This document shows, piece by piece, positions 24,810-40,000 of a stretch of 64,000 nt of DNA; the stretch's first letter is position 1; the number at the start of each line of letters is the position of its first letter. Source of the DNA: Phoronis australis (lineage: Eukaryota > Animalia > Phoronida); NCBI GenBank assembly GCA_002633005.1, contig NMRA01000012.1, positions 1,010,564 to 1,074,563 of the forward strand, in the 5' to 3' direction. The position numbers and the translations under genes are program-made. Under the pieces are notes generated by a model, which saw only the letters and a list, made by a program, of their open reading frames with translations, was not told the DNA's origin and ran no database searches.

Positions 24810-27800
24810 ATAGTAATTGGTGACTGGGAAGGTCGAAGAGCAAGGACAAAGGTCTACTCATATTCATATATTTAGTTCCCTTCCGCCCCCTCCGGTCCCC
24901 TCAACTTAGTGAACTGCTCATGGGGCGCGGGAAATCTGCACTACGTGCGGCAAAGATGGATACAGGCCATGGAAATATAGTTGGTTTTCGGTGATAGTCT
25001 TGGGGCAAGTAATAGTCTATTGCATTACAGGCATTTTAATGTCTGTTCAACGGTTAGCCACTGACATCTTACGCCAGCTGTACATTTACTACGGAACTAT
25101 TCTTCAAGGCGAATAATGTAAAACTCAGGGCGTTCACAAACTAAGCATTTCGCCCAGCCACTAAACTAACTTCACATGGGTCGTCATGCCTTGGGCATAC
25201 TTAGCTCGTGGGCGGGCGTGTGACAAACTGAAGACGTTTAAGAATTTGATACTGTTGTCGTGCCTATTCTGAAAGCGCGCGTAATACTATATGTGATAAA
25301 AATTAATTTAAGTAAAACTTGTTGCTCATTTTAGTCACACATTTTGCCTGAAACTCCTTCACTTCCAGTTTCGAAAATAGGCATCGCCAGGTGCATAGCT
25401 TCGCACGGTCTATACATGTACACTAAACTGCGTAAATAGCGTCACTTGGCGGAAACACTGCACTTGACCGCTGTGTCCATTGTAAATATTTGTTTATTTT
25501 ATAATCTTTTTCATAGAATATCAATACGTTATGTACATGTTATGCCTGACTTGTATTGCGCACTAAAATACATCTTAAGACGTTATCAATTCGCAGGACT
25601 GCCGCTCATAAGGGTTCTTTTTGACGATCAGTTTTCTTAAACCATTAAAAGGACAAAATTCGCTACTAATTGGCGTTATCCTTCATAATTCCCTACAGAA
25701 AGGTTTACACACTTTGGGAGTTCGAAACTGGTTAAAAAAACTTCCTTTTTTCAACTGCAGAGGGTTTTTAATATTATCTATGTTTATAAACTTAAATAAT
25801 GCCAAACTATTTACTTATTTTAGACAGCATTACAACACTGTTTGTACCGGCCTTAATTTTGTGATAAAATCCAAAAGCCGAAGAATTCTCACGAAAGGGT
25901 TACTTGGTTCATGGAATCTTGATCTGCCAATGTTTAGTGCTTCTGGAACCAAACTGTAAAACGAAAGCTGGAGGCTGCCTGCAGCCACTTTCTGCTTGGT
26001 TAAGTATATCGTTTTCCAGTTGCACCTCCGGGCAAAAATATAATTGAGTACCCCCCAGGGATATAAACCCAATAAACCATTTACCCTTACAAAACCCTTG
26101 TGTGGCCGTATTAGAATAGGCGGCTGGCCGGGATAGACATACACTTCAAGGTGCGCGGTCAGAGTTCACACCAAACGTAACAAACTGCGTACGTCAGTCC
26201 ATGATGGCCACTTTGGATATGCGGAACGCGTCTTATAGGAAGGCATTAGAAGTTGACCTTGCACAAAGTAAAGTGGCAACCAACAGTCCCATGGTAAGTG
26301 CATGAATCTTACCACCTGTGGCTTCGCGCGCAATAGTTGACGAGCTGGGGGCCGTCCGACAGTCGAGCTTGAATTTTACGAGAGGCTGAATAGTTTAGAG
26401 GCTCGAACCCGACCCGCGGTTGTTATGGAATTGTTGGTCTGATGTACTATTTAAGGCCTAAACCCGCCAAGGTGAGTAAAAACTAACTTAGGCCACTTGT
26501 TTCTGTCTCAGATATATCTAGTCTATCTGAGTTTCTATTAAACTGGGCCCAATCACGGTGGCTGTCATCACTCGGGCTGTGAAGAGTTTCTGTAGTCAAG
26601 GCTCATAGGTCAATTGTAAATGAGCCTATCAAGCCCTACTTTAATCTGAGTGATCGATGAACAGTTGAGTGCAGTTTTTATGACGATGACCTATATCAAA
26701 ACTTTTTTGCCAAATCGCCAGGTGTTATAACACTTTAAACGGATGGCTTTAGCCAAAGAAGAATTGTTCCACTACCTATGATAGATGCGTAAGATATTCG
26801 ATTGGAAAAACTTGCTGGGGAGCTGAAATACTATCCAACTTCTACGTCAGCCAGTCATTATGCCTACATCGCACGGCATGTCAAATCCACCCCCGTCCCT
26901 TGTTTACTTATTCGACTGACCGTATCGCAGTTTTTTGTCGAAATTATGGTATTTTTTAGCCCGGGTTATATTTTAAGCCGAGCAAACCGATGTCCTTTAC
27001 GCGTGTGACCCGACGTTATCGGAGTACCGACCTCTTAGCGACAGTTATATTTGTTTAACAAAGATTACCATTGGCGACGCATGATACAGGAATCTGTCTC
27101 ATTTATCTCGAGGCCTAGACAAGTGGTAAATCATACAAGTCTACCTAAAAGTTTCTCTCACATTTTATCACTACAGCGAAGTGGTGTTTCAGTTTCCGTC
27201 GGCATTTCATCGAATTACGAGGCTACATTTCCCTTCGAAGTTCGGTATGGATCGACTAAAGTGAAGACGTTTCGTTCTCGAGATGTTTTCCTAAAGATGT
27301 TTAAACTTTTTCCTTGAACAATTCGGGCATATGTTAAATTCATTTTCTGGAAAGTCTATCCCCAAGAATGTAGCCCACACGGAAACAAAGGTTCCCTGGC
27401 CTTTTCGGGTCACTTCTGAGGTCATGGTACAACGTCACCCCTTCAAATGCAGTCACTCGAAGGCTAATTACGTCTTTGACTTAGGCGAGAGGCACTTGAA
27501 GCTGTTAATATTGTGCCAAAGTTAAGTGATTTCACAATCGTGCAGGCAGTCGCAAGGCAAACTCATGGGGTGATCCTGTTCATTTTATAGATCATAAGGT
27601 GTTAGTTGAATGGCAGGTTCATCCTTGTTTTTCTTTTGCTTAGCATCGTTTTCTCTCCTTTTATATTTTCACTTTTTGTCAGAATTAAGCTATTGAATAC
27701 AGGTATTTTAGAAATGTGTTTTCGTATATGTTTTCTAAAACATTGAACTTAATTTGTCTCCGTGGCCTGTGATTATAACGGTGTTATATCATAGAATCAC

Positions 27801-28039
27801 TCGTGATGCGATTGCATATGTATGTACTCGTTGTTCAACATAATTTTTTTTCTTTCTCGCCCCTCAGTTTTGGAAATAGGTGCTTCGCAGCGCATTTCAG
27901 TATTAGAAACACCAAATTTCAACGTAAACTGAGTGGACTATTTACAGGGTTCACGTCGTCACCATTTTGTTAATGCAGTTAATTTTAATTTTATTAGGTA
28001 AGAGAAAATACGTCATCTCAGCAGTCTCCAACAGTTAGT

Positions 28040-31000
28040 ATGTCGTACGAATTGGAGTTGGACCAAATTGGTGCTGGTGAAATAAACCGAGCCTTAACGT
28101 CGGATGGTGAGATATCAGACTTGAGCTTTTCAAACTCTGGCAAAGTGACAGAAAGAGAGCCTAATGGAAACTCGCAACGAGCAGACGCACAGAATATGAT
28201 TGATGTAAATCGAACTTTCCCGAAATCCGACTGTGAGATTGTGTTGACAGAGCGCAAATTTTCTACGACCAGTGGTGGAGAATATGGAGGTAGTGAACCC
28301 CCTCCCGATGAGCGGCAAACGTGGGGCAAGAAAATGGACTTTTTATTATCCATCATTGGCTTTGCTGTAGATCTAGCAAACGTGTGGAGATTTCCATACC
28401 TGTGTTACAGAAATGGTGGGGGTAAGTGCACAACTTTTGTGGGTTCTTTTGTAATTCTTGAAAATTTTATTTCTTTGAAAAACATAATGATTTTCATTAG
28501 ATGTGGCACAACGAGCGAAAGTGCGACTAATCAGCTAGCTTATAATAAGTCAAAAGGCACCAGTTGTCAGTCTTGTGAGGAAAATCTATTCATTGATTCC
28601 AAAAGTTTTCGTCGCGGCCATGATTAATAAGCGCTCATGCTTGGTATTAAGCCACGTAAAAAGCGCCTGATCACGGAAACACTTTGATAGATTTTCAACG
28701 TTCTGTTATAATTTGAAGTAGCTATTATTCGCTTTGTACACTGTGTTCGCCAGTGACATGTCGACTCGTAGGTAGACCTTCTCAATTCGTTTTTCTTTCT
28801 TTGGAATTTTCTGTTCGGATACATTCGTCAGCGCTAAATAACGTGATCAGCTTATACACCTATTGCATCATCAGTAATCGTCTCTCTGCACTGTTTCTCC
28901 ACAAGAGACAACCTACTGGCCTAATGATGGCGCTGTACTGGCCCAGTACAAGTATACTGGCGTGAATTCGGCACTAAATGAGCTGTACTGTGTGTCTGTG
29001 CTTCATTCGCCCTGTTCCGCAACCTTTTACTGGCCTAATACAACGCTGGTGTGCAAATCGTTATATGGGCCAGCGCTGGCCTGCACCATTTGGCCGTTAC
29101 TAAAGATAGTACAGGACCGCTACTAATGAGCGGCGCAGCACTGAAAAAAGTGGGAGGCTAAAGCCTCCTCACCCCCCCTGCGGTGCACCGCCTATGGACT
29201 ATGTGCGGCGTAGCACTGACAAGAGTGGGGGCTAAAGCCTCCTCCCCCCCACCAGCCCCCTATGGTGCGCCGCCCATGGGGGTTGTAGCATCGCGTCATA
29301 GGCGGATTTAGGGGGGGGCCCGGGCCCCCCCCCCCTTGGCTGCCGCAAAAAANNNNNNNNNNNNNNNNNNNNNNNNNNNNNNNNNNNNNNNNNNNNNNNN
29401 NNNNNNNNNNNNNNNNNNNNNNNNNNNNNNNNNNNNNNNNNNNNNNNNNNNNNNNNNNNNNNNNNNNNNNNNNNNNNNNNNNNNNNNNNNNNNNNNNNNN
29501 NNNNNNNNNNNNNNNNNNNNNNNNNNNNNNNNNNNNNNNNNNNNNNNNNNNNNNNNNNNNNNNNNNNNNNNNNNNNNNNNNNNNNNNNNNNNNNNNNNNN
29601 NNNNNNNNNNNNNNNNNNNNNNNNNNNNNNNNNNNNNNNNNNNNNNNNNNNNNNNNNNNNNNNNNNNNNNNNNNNNNNNNNNNNNNNNNNNNNNNNNNNN
29701 NNNNNNNNNNNNNNNNNNNNNNNNNNNNNNNNNNNNNNNNNNNNNNNNNNNNNNNNNNNNNNNNNNNNNNNNNNNNNNNNNNNNNNNNNNNNNNNNNNNN
29801 NNNNNNNNNNNNNNNNNNNNNNNNNNNNNNNNNNNNNNNNNNNNNNNNNNNNNNNNNNNNNNNNNNNNNNNNNNNNNNNNNNNNNNNNNNNNNNNNNNNN
29901 NNNNNNNNNNNNNNNNNNNNNNNNNNNNNNNNNNNNNNNNNNNNNNNNNNNNNNNNNNNNNNNNNNNNNNNNNNNNNNNNNNNNNNNNNNNNNNNNNNNN
30001 NNNNNNNNNNNNNNNNNNNNNNNNNNNNNNNNNNNNNNNNNNNNNNNCCCCCCTCCCGACCTCCCCCCATTCGGTGCTATGCGCATCTACAATCGTGGTT
30101 CAGTTTGCGCAAATGGTTCCAACCGGACAAAATGTTGGGCCCCCCCCCTTGTGATATTCTAGATCCGCCACTGCGCGTGTTTAAGGCTACTACGTTTGGC
30201 CAACAATACACGTCTCGCAGGGAGTGTGACCGCACGTTCCCGGCAGAATAGCTAGTCACGTGACACGTCTGCTGATCCTATGAGTCATTCCAATGTATTA
30301 AATGATTTAGCAAAAACGGTTGCTCGTAGACTTTTTTGTCGTTTGTGAAAAAAATATTACCCTTCCATTAATAATGAGTTTTTACTTCTGTAATTCGGGC
30401 TTTTCATTTTACCTTAGGCCTACCGTGACAATTTTTCGCCAGGTGTTGTAGTTCACAAAAGTTCACTGCTATTTTCGTGGGAACGTTTCAGTTTCGTGCT
30501 AATACACTCAAGAATCCTTCTCGCCACTTCGGGTTCAAATCAATCTATTTGAGGAGTTACGTACTGGGTGTTACTAAACAGGACTATTTGCAGGAGAGTA
30601 GCTATTCATGGTGACAACGAGGTTCACAATCAAAAATAGTTTAAAATCAATGAATATCAGAGCTGAGCTCCAGCGACGATTTTTCCGAAAAAGGTAAGAT
30701 TACGCAAGACAATGCAAACTCACGTAAGTGAAAAACAGGTGTTTCGAGACTTCACTCGAAAATCACCCGGGGTCAGCCAGCAGAATGCCCGTTACTGTTC
30801 GTCGAAGCTGGAATGTTGAATTGTGGAACCAATCTGTAAATAAAAACTCTATCTCTGCTTCATAAGCTACGATTTCCCACCGGAAGTGTCTCGCGAGTGT
30901 TTTGCCTGCACGGAACGCGCTTCAGGATAATTTATTTTTGGTGGAACTTACTTAATTTCGAATTGATTTAATACGTTGCTGGTGCTATGTTTGATCTTAT

Positions 31001-34000
31001 ATGGTGGAACGCACGCTGGTGTAGCTTTAGATATGAAAATGGCGATTTTATCTTTGGTCTTGAAAAAATAAAACTTCTGACCACTGAACAACAGAAACAA
31101 AGTGCTATATCATTGATGAAACAGTTTCATCGGCCTCTCAAGAACTGAATATCTAGGTAGATGTCCGGCCAGCGTCCAGTTTGTCGGAACAAATTTGTAG
31201 ACAAATGATTTAATCTGACCAAAAACCCGTTAACTTAAGCAGCTCTAGATTTTCATGAAATATATCCGTCGCCAATAATTGAGGTCTTAACAAGAAATTA
31301 TTCCAGCCAACTACTCAAGAGCATTGAAATACCAGCTGACAAGTTCTACTCGCAGAGTAAAAAGTTGACTCACACTGTGACGTAAGTCCTGAAACTACAG
31401 CCGATACCTTTATTCAGAAAAAAACGAACATTAAAATAGCTTGAGGCGTTGTTGCAAATGACTCCAACAGTCTATGCGTTTGTTAGATTCAACTTGGCGA
31501 AATAGTTCTCTTTCAGTTTACCCGAGAAAGCAGAGCTATTTCAAAACGTTTGTTTTGCGGCTTGAGAAATTGCAATTCTTGATTTGATACAAAAATGATT
31601 TTGAAACATCCAACGGCTTGGGTAAAGCAACTTCCGTGGAAAAACGTGTTGACAAAATATTTAAATCATTGGCGAAATAAAATCGCCTCCATGAAATGTC
31701 CTTTTTATTCAGTCAGATGTTCTTGACACTTTCACAGCACCTGTTAACGGCACATTCGTTATTGAATTTCTACCCAAAATTTCAAAAGCTCTCAATGGCT
31801 AAAAAGTTTTGTCAATTTTCATCAATTTATTTTGGGAAAAATTGTAATGTAGTTTTATTGATAACTAAAAGTATAGCCATGAGCTCGTTACAAGTAATTT
31901 GAAGAATTTTTTCACTTCATTTCGATTGAAAATTTCAACGCAATTGTAAAATGCAAATACGTACATGGCCTTTAATATACGAAAATTAATATTTCCATTT
32001 TAGTACAGTTTCTCGATTGTAATTGATGGAAAGTTTGACGTTTAAGAAATGCTATAAAAATTACGTCCTGTTGACTAGAGTTCATGGAAACAGAGATTGT
32101 GACGTTCCTTGTATTGTCGCGACATATGTCGAACATAAACACATCATGATGTTCCAGGTGCCTTTCTCATCCCGTACTTCATGATGCTCATATTCGGCGC
32201 AGCTCCACTCTTCTACATGGAACTCCTCCTGGGTCAGTTTCACCGGGAAGGTGCGGTCACCTTGTGGAAAATTGCTCCTCTTTTCAAAGGTAGAACACGA
32301 TTTTGTTGTTGCCTTCTAGTAACACGTAGTCAGTGCGGGTACAATTCAACAGTGTTTACTTTCAGAAGCGCCTATGTATAGGTTATGAGTTTTGTATTCA
32401 TAATTATTTTGTTTTAGCATTCCACTTACTAATGCTGCCGAAAACCACTCGGTTGCACGATAATTAGTCTCGCTTATTACTATTTTACCACAAAACAAAA
32501 ATACGGTAAAACGAGTTTTTACAACCTTTAAGGTGCATTGTATCTTCTTTCCGAGGGGGGTACTTACATAGGTGGGGTATAAGAGAAATGACGACCAGGT
32601 TGGTGATCTTTTCAAAGCCAGATTTACAACAAAGGGGTGCTTTCTAATTTCCTATGGGTTCACAGTATAGGCTGGGAATGCTAAAAAGGGTTAGTTTTTG
32701 CAACAATCACCGCAGAAGAATTTAATATTATCTTTAGAAACGTTGTGTTAAAAAGTTCAAGCTGCTGTCCAGCGGGCAATAAATAGAATTTATAAACAAT
32801 CAATAAGTCTTTTCTAGGTTTAACTCTGCACAAAAAGAGTACTGTTACGGGAACAAATCTAAAACACTGCTCGACATTTTTATGGAAGTTCACTCTTAAC
32901 GGGTCTGCATACTAATTTCCCAGCTGGCACATCCCCGCCAACAAGTGTTGGAGTGTCACAGTAAAAAAACAACATTGTGATAAAACACAAACTCGCATTT
33001 TACCTCCAATAATTTCGCATGCCATACGCCGTCATGCAGTCGTGTACTTACATACAGGAAACAATATAAATCTTTGCTGGATTTACTTGAGAAAATTAAG
33101 CAATGTTTTCGTTAATTTCGCCAGTTTTGACTGATAATCTCTGTCGATATGTTGTGAACTTGTGTGTGACGGCCTATGTCATCAAAATAACACAGACGAA
33201 GGAACAGTGATTACTCCGGCCGGACCACTGAACCACAAATGATCATGTGACCTGTTAAGAACACAAAATCCGATGGACGGACCCAGGAAATATAACGGTC
33301 GATTATTAAATCCATCTGCAGGCCTATGTATTCGGCTGGTGTGGTCACTGAATCTGATAGTAAAAGGCATAAGTGGTTTATGAATTTTCGGTTCGGCCAC
33401 TAGCGATGAGCACTGGGTGCGGTAGGCTTGTAGGATTTTTTAGTAGTCACCCAGTGCTGTATTACTTACTAATTTAAAGACAAGTATAAGCCCAAGAGCG
33501 TGTACAGCCTGAGATGGTTGTTTATACTGGGGTGTGAATTGATGAATGTGTTTCATTGGCAAGTGGTTGTTTGTTTGGATTGTGCGCCGGCCAGAAAATA
33601 CAATTTCATAAGTTCCAGAATAATACGCGACATTAACTTTTCTGTGAATGTAGGTCTGCCATAGTGCCATGGTTGGTCTGCAGCTCATAGGCGTGCTTCT
33701 TACTGGTTCAAACTTCTATCTTAGCAGGAAAAACAAATAAGATACAAGGCACCTTTCTTCTCCAACAATGTCAATGATGATTAATTGAAATTTACGTTAC
33801 CCTTTGCCCTTGTTAGAATTTCCAATCGGATGTGAACGTTATTTGTACATGTGCTAACTTTAGTCATACGCCCAATCATTCTCCAGTTTTGAATAAATAG
33901 ACAACTAAAATGGACCGCATTACTGCACCGGTTTTCAAAGAACACAAACTCATTTTAAGATGTATTTTTTGAAAAACACATGTGACATTGTAAGTTTGGC

Positions 34001-37000
34001 GCTCTGAGGTATTTTCCTACAGATCATAATGTATATTTTGAACTCACTTTTTCATACACGGGAATGTTTTTGGTTCAAGTAGAAGACGCAAGAACACGAT
34101 TATTACCTACTTAGGTTGAGCCTGATTAAGAAATACTCCGTAAACCCGCTTTGTCAATTTTGTACACTTTTTAGAAGCTGCATGACGAAAAGCGCCGGTG
34201 CCGAGTGTATAGTTGGAAAATCAATATGCTACTGAAATCACCGTATCATATCTACGTAAGGCATACTGCGTCTACGTGCTTCAAAGCTCCGTTATTCCAC
34301 TGTTCGGCTAGAAAAATATTTGCGAGTTCAATGAGACATTACTACAGTTCGTTTTCAGGCATTGGATGGGGAGTTGTGCTCATATCATTCACGGTAGCTA
34401 CATACTACAACGTGATCATTGGTTGGGCATTTTACTACCTGTTCACATCCTTCTCGGCCACCTTGCCGTGGTCAGGCTGTGGCAACGAATGGAACACGTG
34501 TTATTGCTGGGACGGAAATGACAACGTCACCGAGTGCAATAATATGACCGTCAACTCTTCTACTGGGATATCAGCATCGGCGGAATATTTTGAGTAGGTA
34601 CTTCAAGTAACTACGCAGATCACGTATCGTGTTTTTACGGTAATAGGATCTCGCTGTGATTTAATTGAGTTTAATCTTCATAAACAGGTTATTTTCATTC
34701 AAACCGTGTTCTTATAATAGTGACAAAAAGAGTGCAGGTGGCCTGATGCCTTTTGCGGTACATTAGGCGTGCTGGGCCCATTACACTAATCGCCCGAGAC
34801 AAGGCCCAGCATCTATTCTCCGAACTCGAATTGCTGATAATGTTTGCCATTTTAGTACAAAGTTAAGTCTCTTATCTTATTTTATTTTTCTATGCCCCTC
34901 TGTATGATACTTTACGTGAATGAATGTTCAATGTTTAAGTTAGATCGCATGAGTCTAAACTGAACTTAGTTTCAAAGTGTGAGTTATATGAAAAGTTCTT
35001 GTCATGTTTTTCCTTCTTTTTGTCTGAACATTAACCGTTTACTAGTCAGAGTCATTGCTATATGTTTTAACATACAGCAATGACATTTAAAAATGTCTTG
35101 CGTAAAGATACAAGGACTAAGGCGGTTTCCAGGCTGGGTTCCATATATTTGTGATTATCTCAAAAATTATCAAACTGGAAGTCAGAACTTGAAATCTCGA
35201 GTTAAAAATTGATATTTTAGATCGAATTTGGGGACATCATCTTGCGATATTGGACTGGAAAGTCATCTGCGTAAACCAAAGCAAACTCGAGTACAGTCAT
35301 AGACACTTATTATGATTGCGTATACAATAAAAATCGAACAGAAAGTAGCAGAAATAATGTGGAATTCAAGTTCGGAGATTAGACTCCGGGCCCTTGGAGA
35401 CACGTTTCTAGGTATAATATCGTGGAAATTCTAATGTAAAAATTGACATTTTCCAGTCGCGCACTGCTGGGTATGCATCAAAGTGTCGGCATTGGCGATG
35501 TTGGCCCTCCGCGGTACCAAGTAGTTCCCTGCGTGCTCTGTGTATTTCTCATACTCTATTTGTCCCTCTGGAAGGGAGTACACTCCTCTGGAAAGGTAAG
35601 CGGCACCGAGTCATTTCTTTGTCTGTTATGGTAATTTACTAAGTATTGACCGTCTATGTATGCTATGTATAAAGTTGGTAGAAAAATCTGTGTGTTTCAT
35701 TAGATAGTCGTCAAAACGATATTAGCTATGACTCAACCTTTACAAAAAAAGAAAGTCATAATTTGTTACATTCTACAGGTTGTCTGGATAACTGCCACAG
35801 CGCCTTACATCATTTTGTCTATTCTATTTGTCAACGGTCTCTGTCAAGAGGGAGCAGTCGATGGCATTATCTATTTCATTGTACCAAGATTCGACAGATT
35901 AGGAGATCCGAAGGTAAGCTGAACTAGTAAACGTTCACGAGTTTCAAGAATTTGTGATTTTTTTTCTTCATTCTCATTATCATGAATGAGTCATAAAAAC
36001 ACCGATAAATATATTAAAAAATATTTACAGTTTATTTTGCAAGACATTAGCTTATACTTCATGCGGCGAAAAATCTTCGCTGATAGAGCGGATAAAAGTA
36101 ATTTCTATCCGCAAATCAACCGGCACTACAAACTCGTCGACCAAACACTTCAGTGGCCGCTATTTTTCTAGGGAAGACTAGTGTGCTTCCGACCATACTA
36201 GCACTGAAATCACTAGCTTTTCGCTCATGTGATTTTACGAGGTCTTGTGGGATTTTGTTTCTCTTTCTAGAAACTAGGTTTTTGGAACGTTCTTGTTCTT
36301 CCTCAGCTGTCAAGCACATAGCAGATGATATGGCGAACTATTTGAATTTTATTTTGTTTTGTTGCATTTCTCATGGTTGCAATGTGCAAAACCCCTGAAG
36401 CACACTTGAATATCTTTAATTCATATGTTTAACCTCTGAAAATAAACTTCGTTAAAAAACACGACTTGACTTTTTGTTTGCAAGCTCGATACTGGTACGC
36501 TCGTAATTTCGGAACAGTCTCCTTTCTTCGATAGGGTTGCGGGCTTCCTACCGTGTGTTGCATCCACACTCTCTGCTTGTATGCTTCTCTTCCCGCTGTA
36601 GCGTGTATGTCACTGTTACCTAAACTACACGGTTAACGGACTCGTAGACACGGTCACGGACGCATCAACACGACTCACGGACCTGCAAACACCGTCCACT
36701 GACTCACAAATACGAGAACGGACTCACAAAACACGATCCATTCACCCAAATACACAGGACACGGACTCACATTCACGAAGAAATGCGGTTTCGGACAAAA
36801 TGTAGATGTCAGCTGACCCAGGAAGCCGATGAGTCCGTGACCCGTGTTTGGGGGTCCTTTAACCGTATTTCCCCGTGAATATGAGTCCGTGTCCCGTGTA
36901 TTTGGGTGAATGGATCGTGTTTTGTGAGTCCGTTCCCGTGTTTGTGAGTCAGCGGACTGTGTTTGTAGGTCTGTGAGTCATGTTCATGCGTCCGTGACCG

Positions 37001-40000
37001 TGTTTATGAGTCCGTTAACCGTGTAGTTTAGGTACCTTGTATATGTTCATTCCACTCATTGCCTGATAATGAGACATGCAGTCTCGAAATATAGCTAGTA
37101 TTTTAATTTGTTTGTTATGTTTCTCGGTGTTTTACTTCATACCTGCACACCTGAAGAAAGGAGACTGATCCGAAATTACGAGCCTACCAGTATCAAGCTG
37201 TCAAACAAAAAGTCTAGTCGTGCTCTCTACGCCGGAAGTTTGTGTAAACGAAGGGCTACTACGGAACTATACCTCTGAACATAAAAAATGATAATTTTTG
37301 CACCGTGTACGAACTTACGAAATGTATACCTTACTCGTCATCTTCTGTACCAATGTACTACGTGTTTAGGTGTGGATAGACGCGGCCTTTCAAATTTTTT
37401 ACTCGGTCGGTGCGGGATTTGGTGTTCACCTTGCCTTTGCCAGCTATAACAAGTTCCACAACAACTGCTACAAGTAAGTCAAACGTCAAACGACTCACAT
37501 TGCTGCACTTAATGACGCTTGTATTTTGACAGGACGTCGCTTATGAAATGACATTAGCAGGCTGCCACTCTGATTAAGTGCTTCACAATACAGTTTACAT
37601 GTTTTGTTACCCAGGGGACACGATTTAAAAATCTGCGCAAAGCGGAAGTTGTTGCAAGTACTTACACCGTGCAGAAATGAAGATTGCGACCCATGTTTAC
37701 ATCAAAACATCAAACGAAGTGCGGAGTATGTTTTGTTTATCATGGTACTGTGTATCTATATACTTCAGTAGCCTGAGCACGTTCGGTTCTTGGCTTGTGC
37801 ATTATTTTTGTTGCTTTTGCTACGCCGGAGTGATTTAACAAAACAATGATAGGAAATACATGTTCAAGCCCAGAAAATCATGGGCGGCGCAGCACTGAAA
37901 AAAGTGAGGGGCTAAATCCCCCTCAGCTCCCCCTGTGGTGCACCGCCTATAGACCATGTGTGGCGTAACACTGAAAAAATTGGGAGGCTATAGCCTCCCC
38001 AGCTCCCTATGGTGCGCTGCCCATGATTCAACGTGGTCACATCCTAATAGGCCTATGGGGCACCATTTGACTACCTCAATAAAACCAATATAATAAATAG
38101 AAGAACATGTACAACTTTTGCCGAAAATGAGGTAAAATGTATCTAATCGTCATTAAAATCTTCTTCAACATACATCATCGGGGCTGTGTTCCGCAGGCAC
38201 AATTTTCGCGAAAAGGTAATATCACACAAGTCTTCGCGAGATGTCGCCATGCATTACACTGAAGCGAAACACGTGGTCACAGTACCTTTACTCGCCAGTG
38301 TCTTAGGTTTACCGAACGCGACTGTGGACTCAGTTCTGCGAGTTTCTTGAGGGAAAGTGAAATCACACAAGTCTTCTCGAGAATTCGCTATGCATCACAA
38401 ACGAAGCACGTGGTTACAGTCAGCAGTTTTACTCGCTAGTGTCTTGTGTATACGAAACGTGCCTGCTTCATTTGTTAATTACTGGTGTTTCGTTTTAGAG
38501 ACTTCCTCATCACAGTGGGAATGAATAGCTTTACCAGCATCTTCTCTGGCTTTGTCATTTTCTCCTATCTCGGCTACTTGTCGGTGAAAAATGGGGTAGA
38601 CATTGACAAGGTTGCCACGGAGGGTAAGTGGGCGTTTATTGTAAAGGAATTCGCATGAACTGGAGAATCTTTTTAACTTAAAAGTTATATTTAGTAATTG
38701 ACAAAATTAAAATAACACAGTTTTGTTTTTTTTTTCAAACTGTTTTAAAGTTTTATCATTAACGCCGCTAAAAATGACCTAATATCGCCTAAGAGAGCTT
38801 TGTTTCCGACTCGTATGTATTTGAACGGTGTATCCTGGCATTCATTGAATAACAGGCTTGTATGTTGGCATTTAAATCAAAGTAAGGCTTTTTATAGGAC
38901 CCGGGGTCTAAACTTTTTACTCGAAATTGGAATTATTTTTGGCATTTTCTATACTGGAGCACAGACTAATAGCAACTTGTCTTGAAGTCACACAAAAGTA
39001 GAACAGAAAATGACAAAAATAATTTTGAGTTAGATTTCGAGTATTTATATATATCGGACCCCGGCCCCAGATCACTCGTATCTAGCTCCATCGTTCCAGC
39101 CTCCATCGCGCAGTCGGCTTCGTGTAAGCCGAAAATGCAGCCAAAGGAAATGTTGTCTTTAACGACCGCTCAGACCAATGACCATATTAACGTCGTCTGT
39201 TTTCCAGGAGCTGGCCTCGTGTTCGTAGTGTATCCGGAAGCAATAGCCACGTTACCCGTTCCACAACTTTGGGCTGTCATATTTTTCATCATGCTGATAA
39301 CACTTGGACTGGACAGCTCGGTGAGTAGCGCTCGACCGTTCTCTGGAACCTGGTCTAGATCTACACCAAGTTCCCATGAGTTACGAAAACGATAGCAGTT
39401 TCACTGGCCCAAACGCTAAGAAAACGCTACCGTTTTAGACAGGCAGACGAGATGTCCGCGAAGGGGTCATTTTCGCCAGCAGTTATTGTGTTTCTTCGTC
39501 ATCCGAAAATTGTCAAAACACGTTGAAAATTCACTCTTTACCACAAATTGATTAATGTGACGATAAACAAAAGGCCACTTTCCTATGTGTGTCTGGCTTC
39601 AAAAGTGTTGATGTTGCCAGCATGAGAGATATTTTTGCTACACTAGCGAGTGCTATCGAAAACGCAAGCGTTTCTTTATCATTTTTTAAACGGGGTACTG
39701 CCCATCCGAGGCAATTATCGTTATTTTATCAATTATCCTCATTTATATTTAAAAATATAAATGACGGATTTCTCATAATATTTCAAGTGACATCTATTGT
39801 TGTAGATGGGGGGTCTTGAAGCTGTGATGACCGGCTTGAAGGACCAATTGAAAGTACCTCTCAAGAAGCTGAGATATGGTCGCGAGATACTCACGGGAAT
39901 ATTGGTCGGGTCGGCATTCCTCTTATCCATTGCCAGCACTACATATGTAAGTAGGGAAAGTTTTGTGGTCACTTCAGTCCTATAATCCTCAGAGCGTTGA

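Noticed and set aside
26300-28039. Non-coding first exon (donor AAG|GTGAGT near 26471; acceptor CCCTCAG near 27867) of the transporter
   Set aside because: Plausible but unsupported without transcripts; not annotated.
29192-30154. Long ORFs in the track
   Set aside because: Run through the N-gap and GC-rich MITE ends.
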